DNA from: an uncultured delta proteobacterium
GTDB lineage: Bacteria > Desulfobacterota > Binatia > UBA9968
Assembly: GCA_963745035.1 (NCBI GenBank)
Contig: CAVUVW010000005.1
Coordinates: 180,882 to 244,881, forward strand
Direction of reading: 5' to 3'
DNA: 64,000 nt
Positions within the stretch are counted from its first letter, which is position 1, and the number at the start of each line of letters is the position of its first letter. Shown here piece after piece: positions 1 through 11,823 of this stretch. The notes beneath the pieces were generated by a model. The model searched no databases. It had not been told where the DNA came from and saw nothing but the letters and a program-made list of their open reading frames with translations. The translations under genes were made by a program, and so were the position numbers.

Positions 1-451
1 CATCATCAAAGATGTCGGCGCGACGGTGAGCTATTTGAAATCGAGCAAATTCGTCGATCCTGGCACGATCGGCATTCTCGGCTTCTGCATGGGCGGGCGA
101 GTGGCGTACTTAATGGCCGCCGCCAGCAAAGATTTCAAAGCGGCGATCACTTGGTACGGCGGCAGTTGTTTTCGTCAGTGGGGCGAAGGCCCGACGCCCT
201 TTGAGCGCACCGCGCAGATCAATTGTCCGATTCAAGGCCACTTCGGCGAAACCGACGAGAATCCAACATTGGAGGACATGGCGAAGCTCGACGCCGAGTT
301 GACGAAATATGGCAAGCCCCACGATTTTCACGTCTACAAAAACACCGGCCATTCCTTCATGGACCCGCACCATCCGGAAAAATATGTCGCGGAGTCGGAC
401 CGGCTATCATGGCAGCGCGGCATGGAGTTTTTGAAGAAGCATTTAGTTTGA
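1..451 (+). CDS. Dienelactone hydrolase family protein (5'-truncated by window edge)
   Basis: GFCMGG nucleophile motif, HFGETD acid, GHSF catalytic His. Confidence 0.9.
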   Translation, partial: IIKDVGATVSYLKSSKFVDPGTIGILGFCMGGRVAYLMAAASKDFKAAITWYGGSCFRQWGEGPTPFERTAQINCPIQGHFGETDENPTLEDMAKLDAELTKYGKPHDFHVYKNTGHSFMDPHHPEKYVAESDRLSWQRGMEFLKKHLV

Positions 452-484
452 ATAGGAGCGAAGAGCTCTCACGAAGTTGTATTC

Positions 485-564
485 GCCCCCTTTGGCAAAG
501 GGGGCTATGGGGGATTTCCGTAACCAATCAAATCCCCTTCAATCCCCCCTTTTTGAAAGGGGGA
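485..564. repeat. Twin REP-like hairpins CCCCCTTT..AAAGGGGG
   Basis: CCCCCTTTGGCAAAGGGGG and CCCCCTTTTTGAAAGGGGG in the intergenic gap. Confidence 0.7.
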
Positions 565-597
565 ATTCAAGGGCAATGCGAAACTCGGAGGTTTTAG

Positions 598-1588
598 ATG
601 CCGGAAAAACCCAAAATCACATTCAGCACCAATCCCAATCCGCGCAATCGCGCGCTCATCGACGGGCTCGTGCCGATCGACGGCTACGATCTCGAGTACG
701 TCGGCGACAAGTATACGCCGGGCGAGATGCACTATCGCTTCGTCCACGGCGAGTTCGATTTGGCCGAGATGTCGACGGCGACTTTGATGCGCGTCAAAGA
801 AAAGGGCCAGCGCTTTCGCGCTTTGCCGGTATTTTTCCAGCGCGGGCCGCGGCAGAGAAATATTTTCTTATTGCGAGGGCAAGCTCAATCATCCGCGCGA
901 TCTCAAAGGCAAACAGATCGGCTGCTTTCGCTATGGCGCGACGGCGGTTTCCTGGGCGCGCGGTTTTCTGCTGGACGAATACGACGTCAAAACCACGGAT
1001 GCCAGCCTGGTTCGTTTCCGGCAAGGAGGTTTACATCGGGAACGAGTTGCCGGTGAAGGTGGAGCGGCTCGACCCGCCGCCGCCGTTCGGCCAGGAGAAA
1101 ATCCACCTGTCGAAGCTCCTCAGCGAAGGCAAACTCGCCGCCGCGATGGTTGCCGGCGATTCCGGTTATCCGGCTTATTCGGCGGCGGCTCGCTGCCCGG
1201 GGTCATGGGACAATATCCCGGGGTGAAGCCGATGTTCGAGGACACCGACGAGATCGTCCGCTATGTGAAGCGCACGCAGATTTATCCGATCATTCACATC
1301 ATGGCGATGAAAGAGGAAACCGCGGAGAAATATCCCGATCTGCCGGCAAAGCTGATCGAAGCATTCCGCGAAGCGAATCGACTCGCGCCGAAGTATTTCA
1401 CTGCTAAAGATGCCGAGGGTTACGCCAAAGAGCGCGATCTGCTTGGTTACGATCCGTACGATTGCAGGTTGACGGAATCGGACAAGAAGAGCATCCAGGC
1501 GCTCAATCGCTATCAGATCGAGCATGGACTGGTGAAGAGGGAGATCCCGCTGGAAGACTTGTTCGTGAAGGAAGCGTTTAGAATGTGA
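598..1588 (+). CDS. 4,5-dihydroxyphthalate decarboxylase-like / SBP-fold protein (frameshifted)
   Basis: RALIDGLVPIDG, FDLAEMS, ALPVF and IYPIIHIMAMK segments spread over ORFs 598-1056, 477-1226 and 1205-1588. Confidence 0.7.
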
Positions 1589-1589
1589 A

Positions 1590-1620
1590 GAATGGAGTGA
1601 TGGAGTGTTGGAGTAATGAA
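1590..1620. repeat. 8-bp-period GGAGTRAT tandem repeat
   Basis: GGAGT at 1594, 1602 and 1610, between converging genes. Confidence 0.7.
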
Positions 1621-1648
1621 GTCGTCTGGGTCCGGACGGTCGCTCCGA

Positions 1649-3503
1649 CTAGTCCGCCAGGGAACGGATCTCGGCGTCGGCGCGGCGCAAGCGACGAGCG
1701 AGCTCCCGGGCGATATTGCCGATCAGTTTTCTCTCGATCTCGGGGTGGCGCTTGGCCAGCTCCTGGAGCTTTGCCATGGGCAAAACATAGCAGCGCGCCG
1801 GCTCCTCGACGATCGCATCGGCGGAGCGAGTGCCGCCGTCGAGGAGCGCGAGTTCGCCGAAGACCAAGCCGGGGCTGATGGTGCTCAGGCGCTGGCGGCG
1901 CGAGCCGTTCTTGAGGCTGAGGCAGATGCTCACCTGTCCGGCGGCCAGAAGATATAGCGCGTTGGCCCTTTCTCCCTCGTGGATGATCACCGCGCCACGA
2001 GGGTAATCGGCTTCTTCCACGATGGAGCCGAGCAATGTGATCTCCCGCTCGTCGAATCCCGACAGCACGTCCATGGCGCCGAGCGGAACCTGCCTGCATT
2101 CGGCCGGCTTCGTGGCTTGATCGTGCAGTAGACGATTCTCGCACCATTCAAGAGCCGCATCGACGTCGACAAAAGTGCCCTCCGCTTCGGTGCCGCGTGA
2201 CGCCTCCTTTTCGGGCTCGCTGCAGTCCGGCGCGCCGCTCAAGAGTAGCGTTTTGCCTCGCTGCGTTAGCATTTCCTGGGTTTGTAGCAGCAGCGCAGCG
2301 GCGCATTCGTCGATTTGCAACACCCGCTTGAGGTCGAGGATGAGATAGGAAAATGAATCGATGACCGTCCATGATCTGCCGCAATACCCGCTCCATCGTG
2401 CCGAAGAATAGACTTCCTTGAAGCTCGAAGATGCAGATCGCGTCACCATCGCGGTTGAGAATCGCCTCTTCGGCATGGCTCCGGCGCCGCTTCGAGCGTA
2501 TGGTGCTGCCTCGATAGACGCGGCGCACTACGACGCCCACGGCGGAGCGGCTCTTGAACATATGGATCTTGAACCGCTCGGAGATTTCCTGGCAGACCTG
2601 GATGCCGCGCACGCTGTTGCCCTGATCGTCGAGCAGCGCTGAGAAAGTCCCGATGCCGAACTGGCCGGGCAGTACGGCGATGATGCCGCCGCCCACACCG
2701 CTCTTGGCCGGCAGCCCGATGCGGTAGCTCCATTCTCCGGCATAGTCGTACATACCGCAGCTGTGCATTACGCTCAGGACGTTCTTCGCATAGCGTTCGT
2801 CGAAAGCTCGCGCGCCGGTTATCGGGTTGACGCCGTTGTTGGCCAAGGTCGCGGCCATCACCGCGAGGTCCCGGGCACTCACGAGGATCGCGCATTGCTG
2901 GAAATACAGATCGAGATGCTCCGTTACCGGCTCGTCGATCATGCCGGAGTTGAGCTCGAGGTAGCCGATGGCGCGGTTGCGATGGCCCGTGGCGCGTTCC
3001 GAAGCGTAGACCGAATCGTCGACTTCAAGCGGCCGGCCAGCCAAGGCGGAAAACTTGTCCAGCAAGCGTGTTACCCGCTCTTCGTAGTCCGCGCCCTTGA
3101 TCAGCGCCGTCGTGGCGATCGCTCCGGCATTGACCATCGGATTGAACGGCCGGTTGTGGCGCTCGTCGAAGACGATCGAATTAAACGCTTCGCCCGTGGG
3201 CTCCACGCCAACTTTTTCGAGCACATAATCGACGCCGCGGTCTTCAAGCGCGAAGCCGTAGACAAAGGGTTTGGAAATCGACTGGATCGTAAACTGATGG
3301 GCGCTGTCGCCGACCTCGTACAGTTGGCCATCCGCCGTGACCAGGGCGATGCCGAAGAGCTTCGGGTCGGCGCTCGCCAGCTCGGGGATATAGGTCGCGA
3401 CCTTGCCGTTAAAGTTTGTCCGATGCTTGGCGAAAATTTCTTCGAGGGACGAGAGGATCGGCGAGATAGCGGCGGTGCGGCAGCTGTTGTCGGACGGGTT
3501 CAT
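1649..3503 (-). CDS. glsA: Glutaminase A fused to STAS and cyclic-nucleotide-binding domains (frameshift near 2370)
   Basis: GKVATYIPEL, QSISKP, NPMVNAGAI, GLPAKSGVGGG; then LQGSLFFG/ILDLKRV (STAS) and FGELALLDGGTRSA (cNMP). Confidence 0.9.
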
Positions 3504-3763
3504 GCAAGTAGGCTTGTACTGCTCGATGCGCCAAGTTATGGCTTCGCCGCATAAAGCATCCGGCATGCCAGCGATTAAAAAGTCGCCTAACCCGAGAATT
3601 GCCGTAAATTCCGGGACCGGAAGATGCGAGACAGCTCAGCTAAATTCGGCTGGACTATTTCTTGGGCAGAAGGTGACTTGAAAATGGGCAGACGAGACTA
3701 AATAGGCACTCGTGAATCATCGACTGGAAGCAGCGGGCGTAGTGATCGTGGTGGAGGTTTCGA

Positions 3764-4120
3764 TCAACGTGGGCTTCTGATTTCCATTTCCAGGCCGTTG
3801 GGGTCCTTGACGAAAATGGTCGTGAGCTTGCCTGCCTCATCGCGATTCTCGCGCAGGATCTCCGCGCCTTTTTCTTTGAATTCTTTGGCGACCTGATCGA
3901 TATCGTCGGTTACGTAGCCGTAGTGATGCACGCCGGCTGGGCCGGCGGACTCCATCAATTGTACGGAAGGCGAGCCGGCGATGCGCACGAAGCAGAACCC
4001 GTAGCCCGCGCTGCCCTTTCTGATCGGCGTCGCATGGCCGCCGAAGAATTTTTCGTAGAATTTGATCGATTCGGCGATATCTTTGGTGTAGATGGCCACG
4101 TGTTCGAGTTGATAGTTCAT
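3764..4120 (-). CDS. VOC/glyoxalase family protein
   Basis: MNYQLEHVAIY...HHYGYVTDDI...FVKDPNGLEMEI; GGAGG RBS upstream. Confidence 0.9.
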   Translation of the reverse strand: MNYQLEHVAIYTKDIAESIKFYEKFFGGHATPIRKGSAGYGFCFVRIAGSPSVQLMESAGPAGVHHYGYVTDDIDQVAKEFKEKGAEILRENRDEAGKLTTIFVKDPNGLEMEIRSPR

Positions 4121-4167
4121 CGATACCTCCGATTGGTGAAGCCTAACCTTTGCAGATCCGGATAAGG

Positions 4168-5257
4168 TCAGCTCAGATTGATGACCGCTTTGACCACCGA
4201 GTAGCTCGCCATCGCCGCCATCGCTTCGTTGATCTGATCCAGGGTGTAACTCTTGCTGATCATTTCTTCGAAGGGAAAGGTCTTGCGCCGCGTCGCCAGA
4301 AAATCGATCGCCTGCAGCCAGTGGCGCGGTTCGGCGGAGCGCACGGTGATGAAGAGCATTTCCTGGGGAATCTTTTCCACGGCGATGTTGGCCTTGCCGC
4401 CGGCGCCGATATTCAAATAGCGGCCGCCGCCGCGCAGCAACGTGAGGCCTTCGGGCACGGCCATGTTGTTGGCGACTTGAATGACGACGTCGGCGCCGCG
4501 CCCGTCGGTGTGGTCGCGCACCCACTTGCGCCGCTCTTTCTCGTCGGTGACTTCTTCGAGATTGAGCACGGCATCCGCGCCCATGCGCTTGGTGACTTCC
4601 AAGACGATTCGCCGGCGCGCCGATGACCAGCACTTTCTTGGCGCCGTGATCTTTCGCCACAGCGGTGGCGAAGTTGCCGAGCGGGCCGCTGCCTTGAATG
4701 ACGACCGTCTCATGGCTCTTGATCGCGCCCAAACGGTCGAAGCCGTGCATCACCGTGCGATAGGCGCAGGCCGAGGCCGCCGCCGAAGCGGAGGTCACTT
4801 CGTCGGGGACTTTGATGATCAGACATTCCTTCGGCACGTACATGTATTCGGCGCAGCTCCCGAGCAGATACGGATGCTGATCGCTGCGGTTGTGTCCCCA
4901 GGAGGCGCGTCCCGGACAGATGCAGGGCTGCAACGCCACGGCGCAGTAGTAGCAGGAGCCGCAGGCGACGTAACTCCAGACGATGCGATCGCCGCGCTTG
5001 ACCGGCGTTGCCGAGAATATCGGTGCGCTCGCCGGCGATGTCTTCGACGATAGCCGCACGGCTCGTGGCCGGTGATGATCGGCAAAGTATCGCCGTCACT
5101 CAGCGGCCCATGCCAGCGGTGCACGTCGGTGCCGCAGAGCGTCGATGCGGTGATTTTGACCAGCAGCGAGCCCGGATCGAGCTTGGGAATTTGCACCTGT
5201 CTCGATGGTCAGCGGTTTGTTGTGTTCGGTGATGACGGCGGCGCGGCAGGTATCCAT
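4168..5257 (-). CDS. Zinc-binding alcohol dehydrogenase (several frameshifts)
   Basis: LCGTDVH, GHEPCG, CGSCYYC..C structural Zn site and GSGPLG Rossmann motif across frames. Confidence 0.9.
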
Positions 5258-5285
5258 GTAAATCCTCTATTGTGGCGGGCCATCG

Positions 5286-5330
5286 AGTTCGACGGCTTGA
5301 ACAGTTTGAACGGCTTGAACGATTTGAGCT
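5286..5330. repeat. 9-bp-period TTGAAC (GTTCAA) tandem repeat
   Basis: TTGAAC at 5297, 5306 and 5315; TTGAGC at 5324. Confidence 0.75.
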
Positions 5331-5341
5331 CTTCAGTTCTA

Positions 5342-6428
5342 TCATAGCGGCAGTTTGTAAAACGTCTCCGCGTTGCGCCAGAGCATGGCGGCTTTGTCGT
5401 CCTCGCTGATCTCGTCGCTTTCCAGCAGCTCGCCGAGATCGTGCTTGCAGCTCTCGTTGGTCACTTCATGCGGAAAGTCGGACGAATAGAGGAAAGGCTT
5501 ATTGCCGACGGTCTTGATCGCGAACGGCATGGTCAGCTCTTCGGTCTCGATGCCGAGGTAGAGGCGGCCGTCTTTAATCAGCTGTTTGATTTGCTTTGCC
5601 GGATCCTGTTCTTCGCGCACGCCGAACTCGCCTTCGGGGATGTATTGGAAATGGGTCTCGTGCGAAGCGTGCAGTCGTTCGAGCAGGAGCAGCAGCCAGG
5701 CGATGCCGCCCTCGAGAAAGGCGATGCGCACGCGCGGGAAGCGCTCGAAGATGCCGTTGTAGAGAATATCGGCGCAGTTGATGGTCAGACCCCACGGATG
5801 TCCGAGGGCGTGCACCGGCACGTACATGTTCATATGGTCCATGCCGAAGCGGTCGTGCGCGCCGCCGTGAACGGCGAGGCAGCAGCCGAGCCGGTTGGCT
5901 TCTTCATAGACCGGCCAGAACTGTTTCGCGCCCAACGGCTGGGCGAGCCCGTTGGACGGCATCATGGCCCCGAGCATTCCCAGTTCGGTGACCGCGCGAC
6001 GCAGCTCCTTGGCGGCTTCTTCGGGGTCCTGCATCGGAATAATCGCCATCGCCTTTGAAGCGCGGATTGAATTTGATGTAGGTCTCGGTCATCCAGTCGT
6101 TATAGGCTTTGCAGACCGCTACCGCGTAATCGCGGCTGACGATCTTGCCGTAGGAGAGCGCGAGAGTGGGATACATGACGGTCCATTCGATGCCGACGTC
6201 GTCGAGAAACTCGAGCCAGCCTTTGGGCCCTACCGGAGGGCGTTGGTCACGTTGCGGCGGTGTCTCGACGGCGCGCCCCGAATGCAGATGATCCAAGGGC
6301 GGAAAACAAATTCCCTTGCGCGCCGCGATCTCGCGGTAAGCGCCTTCCATGTGGGCGATGATTCCGGCGTTGTCTTCCATGATATGACCGTCGCCGTCGA
6401 TGATTCGGCTGCTGAGCTTGGCTGACAT
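5342..6428 (-). CDS. Amidohydrolase_2 family protein (frameshift near 6055)
   Basis: IIDGDGHIME, AVHGG, FLEGGIAW, YSSDFPH. Confidence 0.9.
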
Positions 6429-6679
6429 TTTTCAATACCCTCCTGACAATTGTGCGATGAACGGACAATCGACGATGTCTGTCTTTCTCCATTCTTATAA
6501 TCTGACTCGGGGAGGCCGATCAAGCGACCGGGGAGCAAAAACAGCGCTACGCCCGCTTCGGCGGGCGCGCACTCCGCTAAGCTGTTTTTCGCAATCGAAA
6601 TGAAATATCTTCGAACGGTTGCAGGGCTGCGGCTGCTTGACCCGCGTAGATACGAAGCCAACAGAAAACGGGAGGCGTT

Positions 6680-6934
6680 ATGGCGGAAGAAACGGCGGAA
6701 GAAAAACTGGCACGCTTGGAGGCGGAGAACCAGGCGCTCAAGGCGCAGATCGATCGGCGTAAACCGGGCGAGCTGCGTTTGAAGATCAGTGAAAAGGGCG
6801 GCCTGTCGGTGTACGGCTTGGGAAGGTTTCCCGTCACGCTTTACAAGGAACAGTGGGCGAGGCTTTTGAACCATGCCGACGACATCAAACAATTTCTTCA
6901 AGATCACGATCACGAACTGAAAGCAAAGCAGTAG
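6680..6934 (+). CDS. Small hypothetical protein (coiled-coil N-terminus plus compact domain)
   Basis: GGAGG RBS; LKISEKGGLSVYGLGRFPVTLYKEQW domain-like sequence. Confidence 0.8.
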   Translation: MAEETAEEKLARLEAENQALKAQIDRRKPGELRLKISEKGGLSVYGLGRFPVTLYKEQWARLLNHADDIKQFLQDHDHELKAKQ

Positions 6935-7205
6935 GTTAGGCAACCGGTCGGAGCGCCCCATGCCGTCGGGGGCCGCGGCGGCGGCAAAACCCGCGATTTT
7001 TTCCAGTTCACCTGGGTCCGTATTCCGGCACGGCCGGGCCGGTGCGGTTTTTCGAGTGCCCAGATCACCGGTCCTGGCCATTGTTGATATTTGGCGGCTA
7101 TTTCGAGTAAAAGACTACCCGGAGAATTGTTTTGGCAAATTCTCGGGGGAAGCGTAAAATGACCGGATATTGCGGGCAAAGCCGTCCGCGCTGCAGCACA
7201 ACTCC

Positions 7206-10200
7206 ATGCGAACGCGAGAGAAGCTGATTATTCTTCTGGTCGGAGGCACCCTCATTTTGGGCGCGCTGATCTTCTTTGCTTTCCAGGACAACGAGGTCGA
7301 AGCAAATTACTTCCGCTGGCTCCTCGCCGACAAACTCAGTCGCGGCATGTCTTCGCCGGAAGGGTTCGTCTCCGATGAGTTTCCTTCCGGGACGATCTTC
7401 TACGGTGGTTTGGCGATTTTCGCGAGCATCATGACGATCGTCGTGCTCAAGATGGTCCGCTCCGGCGAGATTCAGGCGCTGCGCCAGCGACTGCGCGATT
7501 TGCGCCGCGAGAAGCACGAAACGCAAAGCGCCCTGGAAGAGCAGGTCTGGAAAGGCAAGACCGAGCGCCATGCGAAAGACTCGGTCATGCGCGATCTCGA
7601 ATCGAGCATCGAGAAGATCGAAAGGCTGCTGAGCGAGCTGAGTGAAAAAGAGGGCGAATTAAAGGCGCGCGATGCCGAAATGATGGCGCTCAAGGCGAGC
7701 GCGGCGGAGGAAGCCGCGGCGGCGCTCTTGCCGGGAGCGGATCGACGGCTGGGTGACGAGCTCAGGCGCAGAAACGAGATCTTGCAGGCCAAGGATGCCG
7801 CGCTGAGAGACGTCGAACAGCGTTTCGCCGCCCGATCGCGCCTCTGGGAAAACCAGCTTCGGGAAAAGGACGGGCTGGTCAAAGAGCGGGAAGGCGAGCT
7901 GAGAAGCGTTCGCTCGGAGATAGTGGAGCTCAACGGCCGGGTGGATCAACTCGAGAGCGCGCGGAAGCGCGCGGAAGAACGCCTGGACCAGGAACTGCGG
8001 CAAAAAAAGCAAGTGCTCGACGCCGAGGCGCTGGCCAGACAAACCGAAGAAAAGCGCCTTGGCGAAACGATCAGAGGTCTGGAAACTCAATTGGGCGAGC
8101 GCGACAAGGCGCTCCGCCAGCGCGACGCGGAGATGAGCGGCATGCGCCGCCAACTTACGGAACTCGAGGCCGTTAAGGCGCGGACGGCCAATGAGATCGA
8201 GGACCTTTCCGCAAAGGCGCAGAAGGATCAGCAAGAGAAGGAGCGCGCGCTGCACGAGGTGCAGCAGCGGATGGGGATCCGGGTGCACGAGTTGCAGGAA
8301 GAGATCGGAAAGCGGGATCTTCTTCTGCAGACGCGCGACGACGAGCTCAAGTCTCTGAATGTGGAACTGAAGGCGGTAGCGCTGCGTTTAAGCGAGACGG
8401 CGGCCGCCAAGGTCCGGACCGAAGAGGCGCTGCAGGAAGGCCTCAAGAATGAGAGACAGCAGCATGAGGCCGGAAAGCTCGAGTACCGCCAGCTCGAAGA
8501 GCGCTATCACACCGAAATCAAACTCTTGAAGGCTCATCTCAGCGAACGGGAGGAATTTCTCAAGCGCCGGGACGAAGAGGTGCGGTCTCTGGAGCAGCAG
8601 ACCCACCAGGCGCTGCGGCGTCTCGAGGAGAACAGCTCGGCGCGCGAGCAGAGCGAGAAATCGCTGCGCGAAACGCTGGAAGAGCAGCAGCGGCAGAAAC
8701 AGGCGAGCGAAGCCGCGGCGCGCAGCTTGGAACAACGCTACGGGGAAGAAGTTGCGGCTTTGAAGAAGCAGCTCCGGCAGCATGAGGAGGCACGCAAGGG
8801 GCGCGAGGAAGAAAACAAGGCGCTCAAAACCCAAGTGGCCTCGCTGGCCCAGCAGCTTGCGAAAGTCGGCTCGGCGAAGGAGCAAGCCGCGCAGCTTCTC
8901 CAGCAGTCGCTAAGAAGGAAAAGGCGGCGGTGCAGGCGAGCGATTCGGCCGTGCGCGAGATCGAAGAGGGATTCAAGGCTAAAATAGCCGCGCTCGAGAC
9001 CCAACTGGCGGAACACCAGGATCTCGTCGGCAGCCGAGACACCGAGCTTGGCTCCCTGAAGGCGGAGCTTCTATCGCTCAACAGTAAGATGTCCGATCTC
9101 GCGACGGCCAAAGAGCGCGCCGAAAGCCTGTTCGAGGACGCGATCAGACAACAAAAGGAGGCAGCGCAATCCAAAAATGCCGGCATCAAGCAGCTCGAAG
9201 AGGATTTGAACGGGAAAATCTGGAATCTGGAAACGAACCTTCGGGAAAAAGAAGAGCTGCTCCATCGCCGTGAAGCGGAAGTCAGCGGCATCAAGAACCA
9301 ACTTGCCGAGTTGGCGACAGCGAAAGAGAGCGCGGCGCTGACTCTCCATGAGGACCTCAGAAAAAAAGACGAGTTGCTGCAAGTGAAGGAGGCGGCGCTT
9401 AGCGCTCTGGAAGAACGCTTCACTGCCGCAGTGCGCGCTCTGGAAAACGAGGTCCACGAGAAGCAGGAGCTCTTAGGCGCGCGGGAAGCCGAAGTCAAGT
9501 CGCTTTCGGCCAAACTCTATAATCAGTCGGAGCATTTGGTCGACATCGAATCGTCGAAAGACAACGCCGCGCGAGCGCTGGAAGAGGAGCTTCGCCGTGC
9601 TAACGAGGTGGCGCGGTCCCAGGAGACAGCGCTGAAAGCGCTCGACGAGCGCCTCACCGGCCGTCTCCAATCCCTCCAAGGCCAGTTGAGCGAAAAGCAG
9701 GACCTGCTGGCGGCGCGGGACTCGGAAGTCGACGCGCTCATGGCTAAAGTCGGCGAGCTTACCCAGAAACTGGGCGAAATCAACGTCGAGCGCGAGCGCT
9801 CGGATCGCCTGCTGCAGGAGGAGCTTCGCGAGAAAACCGCGCTGCTCGACTCTAACAAGTCTTCGATCGCCGAGTTGGAAGAGCGTTTCAGTGGCAGGAT
9901 CGAGTCTCTTCAGCGCCAGATTGCCGAGAGACAAAAGCTCCTGGAAAGCAGCGGCGCCGAGCTCGGCGATCTACGCACCGAGCTGAATGCGATGAGCGAG
10001 CGACTTAACGAGGCCGAGGCGGCTAAAGTAAAACTGGAAGGCTTGCTCGAGCAGGAACGCAGCAGCTCCGACAAGGCTCTCGTGTCGGCGCCCACTTTCG
10101 ACGAAAACGGAGATGAACGAGCCAACGGCGAGCTGCGCGGCGTGGATACGCTGATGAGCGAGAGAGAGGAATTGCTCAAGGCGCGCGATAAATTGATTCA

Positions 10201-10333
10201 GAATCTGATGGGCGAGCTCAAAGAAAAAAAGACCCAGCTGGCCAAGCAGGAAATCGAGGTATGGAAGGGCATCGAACGACGCGATGCGTGGAAACACAGG
10301 CTGGCCAAAGTCGGTATCCGCCTGAAGGACTAA
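7206..10333 (+). CDS. Membrane-anchored giant coiled-coil repeat protein, about 1040 aa (frameshift near 8915)
   Basis: Two hydrophobic N-terminal helices, then an E/K/L/R-rich repeat continuing from ORF 7170-8987 into ORF 8930-10333. Confidence 0.85.
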
Positions 10334-11237
10334 CTCACCTGCTCTCATCGCGGCGCCGCCCGCGATTCCTCCGCCCGCCAAACTATCCCGAAATCCGCAG
10401 TTGAAATGATATGCCCCGCGGGGCGCAATCCTCCCGGTTATTTCCAGTTATAAAGACAATACTTTCTGTATCTGGGCGGATGCGATCGCCTGCAATCCGG
10501 GAATCATTTGCCCCATGGCGACGGGTTGACCCCATGGGCGAAAAGACTTGCGGCGCCCTGGCTCCTCACCGCCGAAGATCCGCGGTGAAGGATATTGCCC
10601 TCGTTTTTGAAGCTGAATTTACAGATAACAGTGTCTTCTAATTCATTCGAATCGATTCGTCGCCGCGCTGCGATTCAGTTGAGGAGCCAGCGGTTTTCCT
10701 GGAAATGGCACAGTTGCTGCTCCTGTAAAAAAGTCCGGAGGAGAACATCTACGATCATGCGCCGAATTGTTTTTACGCAGGACCCGGGTGGCGCTGGCGA
10801 GCGCGACCGGCGATCGACAGTAGGAATGTTTTTAATTCTTATTGGAGTGCGAGGCGCAAGCTCGCGCTCGACTTAATGATTTAGCTTTGCTCATTACGGC
10901 TTCGCGAACCGTTTCGCCCCAGAATTTCACGGAGGATAAAAAAGGCAAGGAAACCAAGAAAACCTGCGGCGGTTAAAAAGTACGCAAGGCCACAAGGAAG
11001 CAGCCCCCCTACCAAGACCAGCAAATCCGGTAAACCGAAGGTGATATGATGCGATATAACTTCTTCATATTGTTCGTCTCATTTCTGGGGCGGGACGGCG
11101 ACATTTTCGCGACTTTGGATCGAATCTAGCTCCGTATCAAACTAGGATTCGGCAAAAAACGCCGGTTCGATCGCTGGCACTAGGTTTGCCGAAATACAAC
11201 TCTGCGAACGTATACCCCGATTTGAAAGGAGGCATGC

Positions 11238-11759
11238 ATGGCGAAAAACAAAGTAGCGTTTTCGGCGCTTCTGTGTGCGGGCGTGATGCTCGGCGGATGT
11301 GGAATGTGGTCCGACCGAGACAGCGGACGATCAGGCCAAAGTTCCGGCCGCGCGTCGGCTACGGCGAGTCAAGGCTCGGGAAGCCAGTCAAGCGCACAAA
11401 TCACCCAAGTTCAGCAGGCTTTGAAATCGAAGGGCTATGATCCGGGGACGACCGACGGCGTGATGGGTACTCAGACACAAGAAGCGCTGCGAAAATTTCA
11501 GAAGGCGAATGGGCTTCCGGTAACCGGAATGGTGGACAGTCAAACGGCCAAAGCGTTGGGCATATCGAGTTCGGCAAGCGGTGCCACCTCGTCGGGGGCA
11601 GCGGGCTCATCGAGTGAGGGCAGGAACTCCACGGGTTCCGGCTCTTCGTCATCGCGTGAGAGCAGTGGAAGTTCGACGGGTACGGGCGGCTCGTCGGGAT
11701 CTTCGTCTAGATCCGGGGAGGGTTCCAGCGGCTCGGGGCGGTCAGGCAGCGGCTACTAA
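11238..11759 (+). CDS. Lipoprotein with peptidoglycan-binding domain and Ser/Gly-rich tail
   Basis: Lipobox LGGC; VQQALKSKGYDPGTTDGVMGTQTQEALRKFQKANGLPVTG (PG_binding_1 pattern). Confidence 0.9.
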   Translation: MAKNKVAFSALLCAGVMLGGCGMWSDRDSGRSGQSSGRASATASQGSGSQSSAQITQVQQALKSKGYDPGTTDGVMGTQTQEALRKFQKANGLPVTGMVDSQTAKALGISSSASGATSSGAAGSSSEGRNSTGSGSSSSRESSGSSTGTGGSSGSSSRSGEGSSGSGRSGSGY

Positions 11760-11789
11760 TCCAGATTGACGGGGTTACGATCGCCACAA

Positions 11790-11823
11790 GAAAGGGGAGG
11801 CCTCGGCCTCCCTTTCTTTTTTT
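11790..11823 (+). terminator. Rho-independent terminator
   Basis: GGGAGGCC-TC-GGCCTCCC stem followed by a T-rich run. Confidence 0.85.

Noticed and set aside
3764-5059. 431-aa apparent dehydrogenase-glyoxalase fusion
   Set aside because: The middle part is off-frame dehydrogenase sequence, and the VOC gene has its own RBS and ATG at 4120
7206-10333. SMC or chromosome-segregation ATPase
   Set aside because: No Walker A/B or hinge region; has N-terminal TM helices
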